A DNA stretch of 64,000 bases from Candidatus Poribacteria bacterium. GTDB lineage: Bacteria > Poribacteria > WGA-4E > WGA-3G. The stretch covers positions 3,104,001 through 3,168,000 of the forward strand of contig CBDANF010000003.1 of the NCBI GenBank assembly GCA_965197475.1. Reading direction: 5' to 3'. The position numbers and the translations under genes were made by a program. Within the stretch, counting starts at the first letter, position 1. Each line of letters begins with the position of its first letter. Below the pieces are notes generated by a model, which did not search any database, was not told the origin of the DNA, and saw only the letters and a program-made list of their open reading frames with translations. This document shows, one piece after another, positions 20,209 through 29,912 of this stretch.

Positions 20209-21039
20209 TTAAGACAAGTTTTTTTGCTCAAATTCCACAGGTGTCAAATACCCTAACGCAGAGTGAGGGCGTTTGTGATTATACACTTGTGTAATAAAAT
20301 GCCCAATGCGGGTTCTTGCTTCGTGGATGTCCTCATAGTCATTGAGATGAACTTCTTCTTCCTTGAGCGTGCGGATAAGTCTTTCAGCATATCCGTTCTC
20401 CCAAGGACACCCTCTCCGGGCGACTGAAATCTCAATCCCATGATGCCTAAGCAGTGAGATGGACGCATTTGAAAGATATTGAACGCCTTGATCAGAATGA
20501 TGGATCTCTGGGACACTTTGACATAATGCTGTCTCCAAGGGTTTCAACGTCAGAGATTGCGTCAAGTGTTGACTGATATGCCACCCTCTGATCATGCGAG
20601 TGAAGACATCCATGAGCAGACAAACATAGATAAAGTGTCCTTTGAGGCGGACGTAGGTAATATCGCCCACCCAGACCTGATTACATCGGGAGACATCAAG
20701 GTTTTCAAGGCGATTGCTCCAGGGACGCACACCCGCAACGGATGTCGTGGTTTGACAGACACGCTTGACAGAAACCGAGAGGTTGGCGGACTTCATCAAT
20801 CGGGCAACACGTTTATACCCGATGGTGTATCCGCTACGCACCAACAACTGTGTGGGACGCCTATATCCGTATGTTGGATATAGCAAAGATAACGTCTCTA
20901 TTTCATCCTGGAGGCCCGCTTCACACGGGGCCTGCTTGGAGTGATAATAGAGGTTGCTTCGGTTGAAACCGAGTGTCTCACATATCTGCCGAACCGAAAA
21001 GTCTGTCCGTAATGCCGTAACCATTTCTCGCTGCTCCAT
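20209..21039 (-). CDS. IS3 transposase OrfB (DDE integrase core)
   Basis: WVGDITYV, HHSDQG, ENGYAER, YNHKRPHSALGY. Confidence 0.93.
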   Translation of the reverse strand: MEQREMVTALRTDFSVRQICETLGFNRSNLYYHSKQAPCEAGLQDEIETLSLLYPTYGYRRPTQLLVRSGYTIGYKRVARLMKSANLSVSVKRVCQTTTSVAGVRPWSNRLENLDVSRCNQVWVGDITYVRLKGHFIYVCLLMDVFTRMIRGWHISQHLTQSLTLKPLETALCQSVPEIHHSDQGVQYLSNASISLLRHHGIEISVARRGCPWENGYAERLIRTLKEEEVHLNDYEDIHEARTRIGHFITQVYNHKRPHSALGYLTPVEFEQKNLS

Positions 21040-21044
21040 CGAGG

Positions 21045-21335
21045 CTAACTCAAGTAAGTTGAGGCTTTTTTTTGGATGTCAAGTGCCAAGGTCAACCGCC
21101 CAACGAGTTGCTCAAGTTGGGCGATCCGCTCCGCAGAGGCATCAGACTGTTTATCAGCGGGTTCAAAGAGGGTCGCCGCTTTTTCAAGAAGCTGTCGCTT
21201 CCACTTTGAAAGTTGTTCATCGATGAGGTTATGTCGCCGACACACTTCTGCTTGGGAACTTTCAACGCTGAGAGCCTCAAGAACAACTTCGGCTTTAAAC
21301 TCGGGGGTGAAGTTTCTTCGTTTTCGTTTCGCCAT
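21045..21335 (-). CDS. IS3 transposase OrfA (HTH)
   Basis: RRNFTPEFKAEVV..VCRRH..WKRQ. Confidence 0.93.
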   Translation of the reverse strand: MAKRKRRNFTPEFKAEVVLEALSVESSQAEVCRRHNLIDEQLSKWKRQLLEKAATLFEPADKQSDASAERIAQLEQLVGRLTLALDIQKKASTYLS

Positions 21336-21499
21336 CGGATACTCCTTTCAAGGAGATGGATATTATACCATAATCTTGTCTTAGAGAGCGGCCCGAATTT
21401 CCGATGGCAGTACATATGCTTGTCTATTACACAATTATTGCTCAATAAAGTATATGGTATCAGTCCAGAGATGTCAACATCAATTTGATACAATTTACA

Positions 21500-21529
21500 T
21501 TGACATCGTAAGATAAAACCTGTTAGAAT
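21500..21529 (+). promoter_or_regulatory. sigma70-type promoter upstream of the UxxU gene
   Basis: TTGACA-N18-TAGAAT with an extended -10 TG. Confidence 0.6.
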
Positions 21530-21623
21530 TTACATGGGAAGGGACAAAATGAATTTAACCGAACAACTGAACGATAAACATCAACTAACAATACAAAACA
21601 CATTATCCTGAGGTAAAGACAAT

Positions 21624-22667
21624 ATGAAAAACCTCCTTTCGGTAATTTTAGCCATCCAATTCATTTTCATCTCCCTCGGTTTCGCACAAGAGAGCTGAGG
21701 CGCGTGAAGCAACCCCACAATCCCACAGGGTGGGGGTAGTGAAGTTAGTTTAACTTCAGAGCAAAAGAAATTTCAAGTCTCTTTTGGCACACGCGGATTC
21801 AGCGCACAAGGTGGACACCTTGAAAAAAAAGGACTTTCTTCTACTGGTAACGTTATAGAGGTAGCAGATCATCGACATGAAGTGCAGTTGAACGTAGTCC
21901 GGTTTGATGTCGGATTTAAATATCAACTCAGTGGAGAGTGGCGATTGGAAGCGACCCAGCCTTATGAGATAAAAAGTCAAGATGCAAGTATTCCAGATAT
22001 CGATTCGGTTGATGATCCTGAAATGAAAAATGCCATGTTACGGAATCAGGATATCCACCATCGTAACGCGACCTATAGCGGTGTTTCGGATATGGATCTT
22101 CTGTTAGGTTATACCAAGCATGGAATTCTTGGAAAAAACGACATGCTCACGGCAAAACTCGGCACGACAATTCCGTTTGGCAAAACCGAAGAGGACCCGT
22201 GGGTGCTCGGAGATATGGGAAAGCAACATCTACACATCCAATTCGGCACAGGGACATTTAATCCGATTGCGGATATGCGCTACAGTTTTCCTGTCTATGG
22301 CGGGTTAGCTGCAAATGCAAGTATCCGAGGTAAGGTTCCTTTCTATGAAAACAGCAAGACCTATCGCGGTTCGTGGGATGTTACCTACACTGGTGGATTG
22401 AATTATCGGGTGAATAAGTGGCTTTCGCTTCAAACGAGTTATCTTGGTCTTTATCAATCCTATGCGTATTGGGCAGGGGAAAAGGACATCAATACTGGTT
22501 TACGTTTTAGTATGGCATCGCTGGGCGCGTCCATTGCGACTCCTTATAACGTTCCGCTGTCTATTATGTTGATGTTGCCGATACAACAGGAAACCCTTTA
22601 TGATGCTGATAGTGATGCGTTTGAATTGGGGATGTTGGTTTCCGTAACTGCGTTGTATTCATTTTGA
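21624..22667 (+). CDS. Putative double-selenocysteine (UxxU) exported outer-membrane beta-barrel-like protein, 347 aa
   Basis: GAGGT RBS, ATG, signal peptide MKNLLSVILAIQFIFISLGFA, then QES-TGA(21696)-G-A-TGA(21705)-SNP, open in frame into ORF 21882..22667; G+C hairpin after the UGAs; terminal Phe. Confidence 0.8.
21713..21737 (+). promoter_or_regulatory. Candidate bacterial SECIS hairpin
   Basis: TCCCAC-AGG-GTGGGG (21721-21735); alternative 5' arm CCCCAC (21713-21718). Confidence 0.6.
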
Positions 22668-22689
22668 ATAATAGTTTGCAAAAACTGAT

Positions 22690-22727
22690 AGGTGCGCATT
22701 TGTAATAGAACAAATCACGCACCTTTT
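22690..22727 (+). terminator. Intrinsic terminator after the UxxU gene
   Basis: AGGTGCG-CATTTGT..ACAAAT-CA-CGCACCT followed by a T run. Confidence 0.6.
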
Positions 22728-22731
22728 GCTT

Positions 22732-22956
22732 TTAATACTCATCGAGTGTGTCATAGCACATCAATATCCCTGCCACAGAGGCGCGAATCTCCTGCCCTTC
22801 CTTGACGAGTAAACGCCTTTTCAGGAGTAGCTCCTCTATCTCATCTTCAGCGGCACTTTCTGTGATAAATCTGCGATAGAGCGGTTCTCTTAATGTCCCT
22901 TGATATGTATTTGGGAGGAACTGTTTGTCAATACGTTTGGTTGAAATGTTATACAT
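22732..22956 (-). pseudogene. Short remnant resembling the middle of an AlbA/Schlafen-RecG-type ATP-binding protein
   Basis: LLLKRRLL..ASVAGILMC resembles 'T.AGLL.F' segments; both ends missing. Confidence 0.4.
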
Positions 22957-22990
22957 TGTTCTTCCAGTGATAGCAGTTTTGTTATTGTTA

Positions 22991-25747
22991 CTACACGCTA
23001 TATGAGTAATCCAAAGATTTCAATTCATACCATATTACATCAATTTCAAGTGGACATAGTTCTTTTTTGATTCTTTCTATGTGATTAGTTATGTTTTGAG
23101 ATGGTTGTTGCTTATCTATACATGAAAACAAAACTATGTCTGGCTTTACTTTCTTGGCAATTTCTGCCGTTTTATCAAAATCATTTATATTGAAAAGACC
23201 TATTGATTGCTTGACTTCACCGATAATGAATTTGCCATCCTGAATGCATGCAATATCTATTTCTGCAATTAAATCTAAGTCTTCGGATGATGTGTCCTGA
23301 CGTTCAGCATATAGATTTAAATTCGGAGAATAGAGGAAAGAGTCTCTGCTTTCATCAAGCAATTGTCCCAAAACCAAAATCAGAGGTGTAGTTCCATGTT
23401 GGGCATGTGCAGCATGGACGAGATTATTCAATCTATAGTACCAATCAAGTTCCGGCTGTAAAGGAAACGGTATCCTGCACCCTTGACAAATTAAGTGCTG
23501 ACCAATATCGTCTACATGGTACCAGTTTGTCATACCGCAATTAGTAGGACATTGTGGTCTTACGCCAATCTGAATAATATTCCTTTGCGTAAGTTCCGAA
23601 AGATTATCTTTAACCTCTTCTGCACTAAAACCAAAACCCGTTAGATCCTTTTCAGAATAGTTACCTGTTGAATTTTCATTTTCAAAAAACTTATCTTGCC
23701 ATGCCTCAGCTTCTGCTGTAAATGCTTTGAAAGGTGACTCTTTCTGTTTTAATGTGAGAACTTTAGCAAGATTTATTGCCTGCGTTGCCAGTGATTCAAT
23801 TGCGTTTTTATCATCTGCAGTCAACGTACCCGACCTATCTATAAGTTTTCTAATTTTGTTAGTAACAAATTCTTGAGCGTTCTGTACTGCGTTAGTGTTT
23901 TTGGATAAAATATCAAACATAGATCGCCAATATGGGTTCCTAAACACCTCATACGCTAAAGTCAGATTACCGAACAGTTCCAAGACACCTTGTAAGTATT
24001 TCCCTTTGTCGGATATGTCAGCGTGATAGTATTCTGTTTTTGTAATCTGAGTGCGTGGATCATTGTTAGCATACACATGACGATTATTATTAAAAAACAG
24101 AGAAGATACTACCGACTCAGGATTCTCCATGGTGAACTTTAATACTTTTTCTCCTCTTTTCATCAGAGCTGAAGAGAAGTTATTTTGTCTGATTCTGCTA
24201 AATCTGTCAAACATGTAATACGTCAAATGATTTCGGCTTGGAAACATCCAGAGAAGGAAATGCCCATCCATTCTCCTTATTACATCGTCGGTATTTCCAT
24301 ACCGATCATGAGTGAACTCAATATAAAAATCTGCCATCCAATGACCGTCCGGATCATGTTGTAATAATCCGTTTGGTTCAGTTAATTCAAGTATGTTTGT
24401 ATTACCTTGTCCCCTATGAAGTTCAATATTACTATCTCTATCGGAAAATGGATTTTCGCGTAGTGAGAATAATGGATATTCAGGACGAAAATTAGGTATT
24501 TGAGGATCACCGTAACATTTTACGTCTGTATGCGTCCTCAGTTTATTTTGAAATCTACTTGCAATATTCTTGAGATCCTCTTCTTCAGTGCTGAAACTCA
24601 CAAACTGGACTGTTTTGGTGTTCTGCCGCTCAATCCAAGAGTTTTTGCTAATCCAAGCACATAGAGCATCTTCCATATTTGGATCGGTTGCTAAGGCAGT
24701 GGGAACCCATAACTGATACATATACTGGCGTTTCCATCGACTTATCAACCAAGGTCTGTTCCAAAAATAGACAAGATCTTCTATGGTATCGCCCACAATA
24801 ACTTGAAAACGATCTTGTTCTTGTTTATCAACATCTCGTTCTGTATTCGGAAAAGCACAAATTTGATCACGGTATATTATATTATTTGTGTTAGCGAGTT
24901 CTGATAAAGCATCAACGAGACTTTCCTGATCAACCGTTAAGTATATATTTTTCTCAATCTCAATCTCATTAGAGTTGAGACTCTTACTTTTCCTATAAGG
25001 ATGAACAATTAATTTTTCATCCTTTCGTTCAATGTAGTGTATACCGTTATTTTCTTTATCTATTATTGCCCAATTTCCAGGTTTTTGCACTGATTCTTTA
25101 CTGAACACTTCCTGAGAAAAAGGTATACCTTTTTCTTCAAGTCCTTTTTCTATAAACCCTTCATGTACCTCTTGAGGCACCTCTCCTCGTGATAACGATG
25201 CCTCAAGCGATTTCGGAATATCAAATGCATCCCAACCGTGATGATACCTTCCGTTTGCAGATACTCCAAAATTGCGGTTAATAAAAAGTTTATCCACGTT
25301 GGTATCCATCTCATCTACATTAAAAAGTCCAAGTATTGGTTCTCCAAACAATACCAATGTTTCAGGGATATTTACTGATTTAGGATTTGCACGGGCGGGG
25401 GAAATGCGTGTACTAACCCCTGTTACTAATCTTGAATTGTCATCTTCTCGAAACTCTTCAATTGTCAAAGGAGATAGGAAGTTCTCAAATTTTTCTATGA
25501 GTTCATTGCTCAGTGGCACTAAGGGTTTGATAATATCTGGGTCAACGTCACGTAGAAACTTCCACCAATTATCTTCGATTGTGATTCCATCAGTTAGAAT
25601 AATTGGGTTGAAACGACCACCCCACAATCCCCGGTTGAAATTTATTATTTGATCGACTATCTCAATACTGTCCTGTGAAGGATTCACAAGGAACACGATC
25701 CGCATCGGACGTTTATCTATGTAAATGGAATATGGATTTGTGAACAT
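22991..25747 (-). CDS. 918-aa hypothetical protein with Zn-ribbon and C-terminal PD-(D/E)XK nuclease-like domain
   Basis: CPTNCG..CQGC; EIDIACIQDGKFIIGEVK; N-terminal RPMRIVFLV..WGGRFNPII. Confidence 0.7.
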   Translation of the reverse strand: MFTNPYSIYIDKRPMRIVFLVNPSQDSIEIVDQIINFNRGLWGGRFNPIILTDGITIEDNWWKFLRDVDPDIIKPLVPLSNELIEKFENFLSPLTIEEFREDDNSRLVTGVSTRISPARANPKSVNIPETLVLFGEPILGLFNVDEMDTNVDKLFINRNFGVSANGRYHHGWDAFDIPKSLEASLSRGEVPQEVHEGFIEKGLEEKGIPFSQEVFSKESVQKPGNWAIIDKENNGIHYIERKDEKLIVHPYRKSKSLNSNEIEIEKNIYLTVDQESLVDALSELANTNNIIYRDQICAFPNTERDVDKQEQDRFQVIVGDTIEDLVYFWNRPWLISRWKRQYMYQLWVPTALATDPNMEDALCAWISKNSWIERQNTKTVQFVSFSTEEEDLKNIASRFQNKLRTHTDVKCYGDPQIPNFRPEYPLFSLRENPFSDRDSNIELHRGQGNTNILELTEPNGLLQHDPDGHWMADFYIEFTHDRYGNTDDVIRRMDGHFLLWMFPSRNHLTYYMFDRFSRIRQNNFSSALMKRGEKVLKFTMENPESVVSSLFFNNNRHVYANNDPRTQITKTEYYHADISDKGKYLQGVLELFGNLTLAYEVFRNPYWRSMFDILSKNTNAVQNAQEFVTNKIRKLIDRSGTLTADDKNAIESLATQAINLAKVLTLKQKESPFKAFTAEAEAWQDKFFENENSTGNYSEKDLTGFGFSAEEVKDNLSELTQRNIIQIGVRPQCPTNCGMTNWYHVDDIGQHLICQGCRIPFPLQPELDWYYRLNNLVHAAHAQHGTTPLILVLGQLLDESRDSFLYSPNLNLYAERQDTSSEDLDLIAEIDIACIQDGKFIIGEVKQSIGLFNINDFDKTAEIAKKVKPDIVLFSCIDKQQPSQNITNHIERIKKELCPLEIDVIWYELKSLDYSYSV

Positions 25748-25808
25748 AATAATGTATGAATCCTCCCGAATGTTTGGTTAACTATCAGTAGACGATAACC
25801 GATTCTGA

Positions 25809-26651
25809 TTAAGTTTGTGTTGTCTGTGGAACTGCTTCAATTTTGAGTAGTCCATCTATCTCTTGTATCCTTAACTTTTTTGTAATTTCTTGATCTTGAT
25901 AAACACTGTATTTAGAAATATCCAGTATTTGCTTAGGGTTATATTTTGGTTCATATGGACTGTTGGTATCAAATATTAATGAGTATTGTAGGTGATTGTC
26001 AATAAGACTAAGAGTCTTCGGATTAATATTTCTGTTTCGAATCGTGTCGTAAGCATCTATGTGTCCAGTATAGAAACCTTGACCGATATTACTGCGGAGC
26101 AGATGTACAAAAATATGTAGATCGTCAAAGTCACATCTCATCTCTCGGTCAAGCACGAAATCAAAAAGTTTAGGTTGTAAATTTCGAAGATTATTTTCTA
26201 TTGAGAGATCCCCTTTATGATTTGGATAATCTATGGATATGAAACAACTCACGATTTGCTTTAAAAGCCTTAAAGGATTGAATCTTATTTCTCCTTCTAT
26301 ACTTTGGACATCAGGTGTTAGGTCAGAATTTGCAATCTGATCCCACTGTTTTTTCCAATCTATGTATGCGTTTCCATACCAAGATCCTGTAGTATTGTTA
26401 CATTTTTCACATAAACTATATTTTTTCGGTCCACCTTGTTCGTGTGTAACTAATCCTGCTCTACTTAATTCTTGAAAATTTCTTGATTGTGGCTTTTCTG
26501 TCATAGATATGTACATTGGATCTTTGATTTTCACTTGGAATGGTTTAGTATGATTACGTTTGGCACCAGGGAATATGTGTTCTATTGTAAGTTCAATATT
26601 TTGGGCATTACATAATGCACATGTTCCAGTCATTTTTTTCTTTTTACTCAT
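25809..26651 (-). CDS. HNH-endonuclease-like protein
   Basis: CALC..LTIEHIFP..LCEKCNNTTGS; GGAG RBS; AT-rich. Confidence 0.72.
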   Translation of the reverse strand: MSKKKKMTGTCALCNAQNIELTIEHIFPGAKRNHTKPFQVKIKDPMYISMTEKPQSRNFQELSRAGLVTHEQGGPKKYSLCEKCNNTTGSWYGNAYIDWKKQWDQIANSDLTPDVQSIEGEIRFNPLRLLKQIVSCFISIDYPNHKGDLSIENNLRNLQPKLFDFVLDREMRCDFDDLHIFVHLLRSNIGQGFYTGHIDAYDTIRNRNINPKTLSLIDNHLQYSLIFDTNSPYEPKYNPKQILDISKYSVYQDQEITKKLRIQEIDGLLKIEAVPQTTQT

Positions 26652-26770
26652 TATTCACTCCTTTAATGGTTTATAAAAATAGGGTATCACAGGATATCGT
26701 AAAATTGCAATCTAAATAAAAAGTCGTATTGGGTGATTTTGTTTAGTGTTTTGAATAAAAACATGGATTA

Positions 26771-27451
26771 TCAACTCAACTTTTCTGCCCATTCACTCAA
26801 CACCCGCGCCATTTCAACAAAAACGTCCTCATCAGATTGACGCGAACGTTTTAGGATTTTGAATCCATGGTCAGCGGTGTCCAGCAGATGTAAAATCGTC
26901 TTGTCGCCAAGTTTTTCGCAGACGGGTTCCAACAACTCAAGATTTGCCAACTTATCGCGTGTGCCAGACAGGAATAGCATTGGAATTGTGACATCAGCCA
27001 GGTGTTCCGCGCGTTCCGTGCCTTCTCTACCAGAAGGATGCAACGGAAAAGCAAAGAAAACAAGTCCACGCACATGTTCAATCGGTGCTTTTGCTGCAGA
27101 CATTGAGGACATACGTCCGCTATAGGAGTGTCCGCCGACGAGGATGGACAGATCGCTTGCTGCTTCATGTGCAGCAGCTGCAGCAGATCGGACTGTTTGC
27201 AGCGCAACCGCCTCTGATTCTCTGCCGCCACCACCCCGTTCCATGTAAGGAAACTGATATCGGAACGTTGCGATGCCGATATCTGCTAATCGTTCGGAGA
27301 TGGTCTGAAGTGTTGAATGGCGCATATTTGTGCCTGCGCCATGCCCAAGCACTAACAGCCATTTTGCGTTGTCTGGACGGATTAGAAGTGAGGAGACCTC
27401 ACCTTTTTCTGGTGTTGCGATAAACTTCGATTCAATTGCTTCATAATTCAT
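26771..27451 (-). CDS. Alpha/beta hydrolase
   Basis: HGAG, GHSYSGR, SGTRD, ADHGF catalytic-triad motifs. Confidence 0.88.
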   Translation of the reverse strand: MNYEAIESKFIATPEKGEVSSLLIRPDNAKWLLVLGHGAGTNMRHSTLQTISERLADIGIATFRYQFPYMERGGGGRESEAVALQTVRSAAAAAHEAASDLSILVGGHSYSGRMSSMSAAKAPIEHVRGLVFFAFPLHPSGREGTERAEHLADVTIPMLFLSGTRDKLANLELLEPVCEKLGDKTILHLLDTADHGFKILKRSRQSDEDVFVEMARVLSEWAEKLS

Positions 27452-27470
27452 TTTTTCTCCCTTCAGTTGC

Positions 27471-27530
27471 TATAGTAAAACCTATAATTACTTGAACCCT
27501 ATTAGCAGCGCGCTTACAAAACGCGCCTAC
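27471..27530. repeat. Orphan IS630-like end plus GTAG-type REP palindrome
   Basis: TATAGTAAAACCTATAATTACTT matches the IS630 end at 28987 (1 mismatch); CAGCGCGCTTACAAAACGCGCCTAC is the near reverse complement of 57157-57181. Confidence 0.6.
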
Positions 27531-27547
27531 AAGACTAAAATTGAATT

Positions 27548-28180
27548 CTACAGTAAACACTGTTGCACAACATCTCGGTAGGTTTCTAACCCTACAGTCT
27601 CTAACCCTTTTACCTTAGCCATATCGTCCCATCGCCGTAAGGTGAGCGCGTCCCGAAAATGCGGAATTTGTTCAAATGCCTCCTGCTCTTTATCAGACAT
27701 AACACCTCCCTGAAGTTTGAGACTCGTTTTTGACGCATTGGATAACCCATCATAGTAGATAGCATCAATCGTGCATAAATATTTTTTCGCTGGCACATGT
27801 AGTCGGATTGGCGTTGTAACGGCTTCCGGAAAGAACGGTTCCAGATATTGCGCGCCAATCTCCTCGTGATTCAGGTCGGCATCCAGAAAGGCAATATCCG
27901 CATTGTGTTCATCTAAGATAAAATGTCCGATGTCGTGGAGTAATGCGCTCGTAATCAGCGTGGGACTCGCATTCTTCTGCTTGGCAAGCGTAGCACATTG
28001 GAGTGCGTGTTCTAACTGTGTTACGGCCTCATCGTAAAACGACTGCCCTTTATTTTCTATGTAGTTGAATAGGATGTCAACCTTTTGCTCTGGTGTTGCG
28101 GTGCTCATTTCCTGTGCTAAGGTAAGATCAACGAACTTTTCAACGCCGCTTGCAAGTTGAAATTTGTTATTACTGGGCAT
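27548..28180 (-). CDS. phnZ: HD-domain oxygenase, PhnZ/TmpB type
   Basis: YDEAVTQLEHALQ, ALLHDIGH, HEEIGA, HVPAKKYL, LRRWDD; overlaps a PhyH gene. Confidence 0.8.
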   Translation of the reverse strand: MPSNNKFQLASGVEKFVDLTLAQEMSTATPEQKVDILFNYIENKGQSFYDEAVTQLEHALQCATLAKQKNASPTLITSALLHDIGHFILDEHNADIAFLDADLNHEEIGAQYLEPFFPEAVTTPIRLHVPAKKYLCTIDAIYYDGLSNASKTSLKLQGGVMSDKEQEAFEQIPHFRDALTLRRWDDMAKVKGLETVGLETYRDVVQQCLL

Positions 28181-28955
28181 GATTTACTGCTTTTCCTTGA
28201 AAATGTGCGATTTTGCTAATTTGTTCGTCTCGATTTGAACCTTCTTTTGCATATTGTGCAAAGGCTTGCCGTTTGTCAGCATAATACTGCTCACGCCAGT
28301 CTCCTTGCGATTTTGCGTTATAGGTGAGATAGATAATACGTCTCGGTTCATTTGAGCGGTTAGTGGGACTCTTATGTGGAATGTAAGAGCCGAAAAGTAG
28401 GATGTCTCCAGGATCTGTAGGAACGGGGACCCACTCCATTGCAACGGCAGTTTCGGGAGCGACACAACCCTTTTCATCCAGCGCGATAAACCCTTCCTGA
28501 TGCCTACCTGGAGCAAAATAGAGACATCCGCTTTGTGGTGTTGCTGAATCCACTGAAATTAGACAGGTAATATGGAAATCCACGAACTCGTAGGCGGGAG
28601 CGTCCTGATGCGCAGCGTAACCGCCGCCACCGGGATACTTGTAATTGATTTTCTCTTTGTAGAGAATTGCTGGTTCTGTCATCAAATCAGAAACAACTTC
28701 TAAAACTTTACCGCCTGTTACGGTGTTTTTTATATCGGTATGATACGGCACAAAATTTTCCGAACGAGAGAGTCGTGCGCCATTTGGTGTTGATTCGTAG
28801 TGATGCATCCACTTGTCTTCTGTCGTTTCCCAAGATGAGATTTCAGAGACACACGTTTGTAAAGCGTCTATCTCTTCGGTACTGAAAAAGCCAGGGATTT
28901 TCAGAAAACCGTTGTTTTCCCAGTCACAGTAAATTGCTGAATTGAGGTAAGTCAT
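28170..28955 (-). CDS. Fe(II)/2OG dioxygenase (PhyH family), PhnY*-like
   Basis: KEKINYKYPGGGGYAAHQD, PHKS..N.S..PRR. Confidence 0.8.
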   Translation of the reverse strand: MTYLNSAIYCDWENNGFLKIPGFFSTEEIDALQTCVSEISSWETTEDKWMHHYESTPNGARLSRSENFVPYHTDIKNTVTGGKVLEVVSDLMTEPAILYKEKINYKYPGGGGYAAHQDAPAYEFVDFHITCLISVDSATPQSGCLYFAPGRHQEGFIALDEKGCVAPETAVAMEWVPVPTDPGDILLFGSYIPHKSPTNRSNEPRRIIYLTYNAKSQGDWREQYYADKRQAFAQYAKEGSNRDEQISKIAHFQGKAVNHAQ

Positions 28956-28986
28956 AATTCCATCCTTGAAGGAACTTTCTTGCTTT

Positions 28987-29912
28987 TATAGTAAAACCTG
29001 TAATTACTTATACACTTTTATAATATCATCAATATATAATATCATCAATAGAGGTCTCAGCGTTGTATTGACGTATCCGCTTGATGTTAGCGAAATCCTT
29101 CTCAATCGGATTCAACTCCGGGGAATACGGCGGTAAAAACAACAAACTCGCACCGCATTCCCGGATCAATGCCGCCGTCTGTGAACCTTTGTGGAAAGGG
29201 GCATTATCCATAATCACAACGTGGCTGTCGTCAAGCAAAGGACATAACATCTCCGAAAGCCATGCGTTGAAGGCAACCGCATCGCAACTACCTTCGAAAA
29301 GCACAGGCACTGTGAAACATCCATCAAGACGTGCCGCAATCAAGGTTGTGGTGGTATACCGATGACTTGGCACTTTATCTTCAACACGGACACCTTTCGG
29401 GCATAAGCATACCGACGGAAATCGGTTTCGGTGAAACCACTTTCGTCAAGATAAACCGGTTTTTTGCCATGCTCGTGTGTCTCTTGTTGAAGTGCCGAGA
29501 GATACTCTTGGCGTTTTACCGGACACTGTTCTTTGTAGGTCGTGGTCTTTTTTTCGCGTGATATTGAGTTTTGCCAAGGCATAAAAGATGCCGTTTGTTG
29601 AAACACCGAAGTGTTTGGCACGTTCGGCGAGTGTGCTATCGGGAAAATCGGCAACATGTTGTTGAAGCGCATCATAATCAATGTGTCGGGGCCCTTTGGG
29701 ACCCGGCTTCTCATAGGCAAAGGGGTCTTCTGCTTCTAACCAGTTATAGATCGTCCTTCTTGAGACACCGAAGGTGCGTTCTGCGGCGGCTTTACTGCCA
29801 CCATTATTGATGAAATCAAGCACGCTTTTGCGTCCATCTGTTGAATATGCCATAATCATAAAGGCTAACATAAATCACAGAAAATGTAAACTTATTTTTG
29901 GGATCTACTATA
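28987..29912 (-). mobile_element. IS630-family insertion sequence; transposase frameshifted
   Basis: TATAGTA ends (TA target); HTH orfA from 29853, A7G slippery site 29548-29554, YLDESG, MDNAPFH, LPPYSPELNPIE; additional frameshift near 29399. Confidence 0.9.

Larger units (their letters stand above)
20170..21414 (-). mobile_element. IS3-family insertion sequence (1245 bp) with 3-bp target duplication TAT
   Basis: TG..CA ends with imperfect IRs; TAT at 20167-20169 and 21415-21417; orfA/orfB with an A8G slippery site. Confidence 0.92.
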
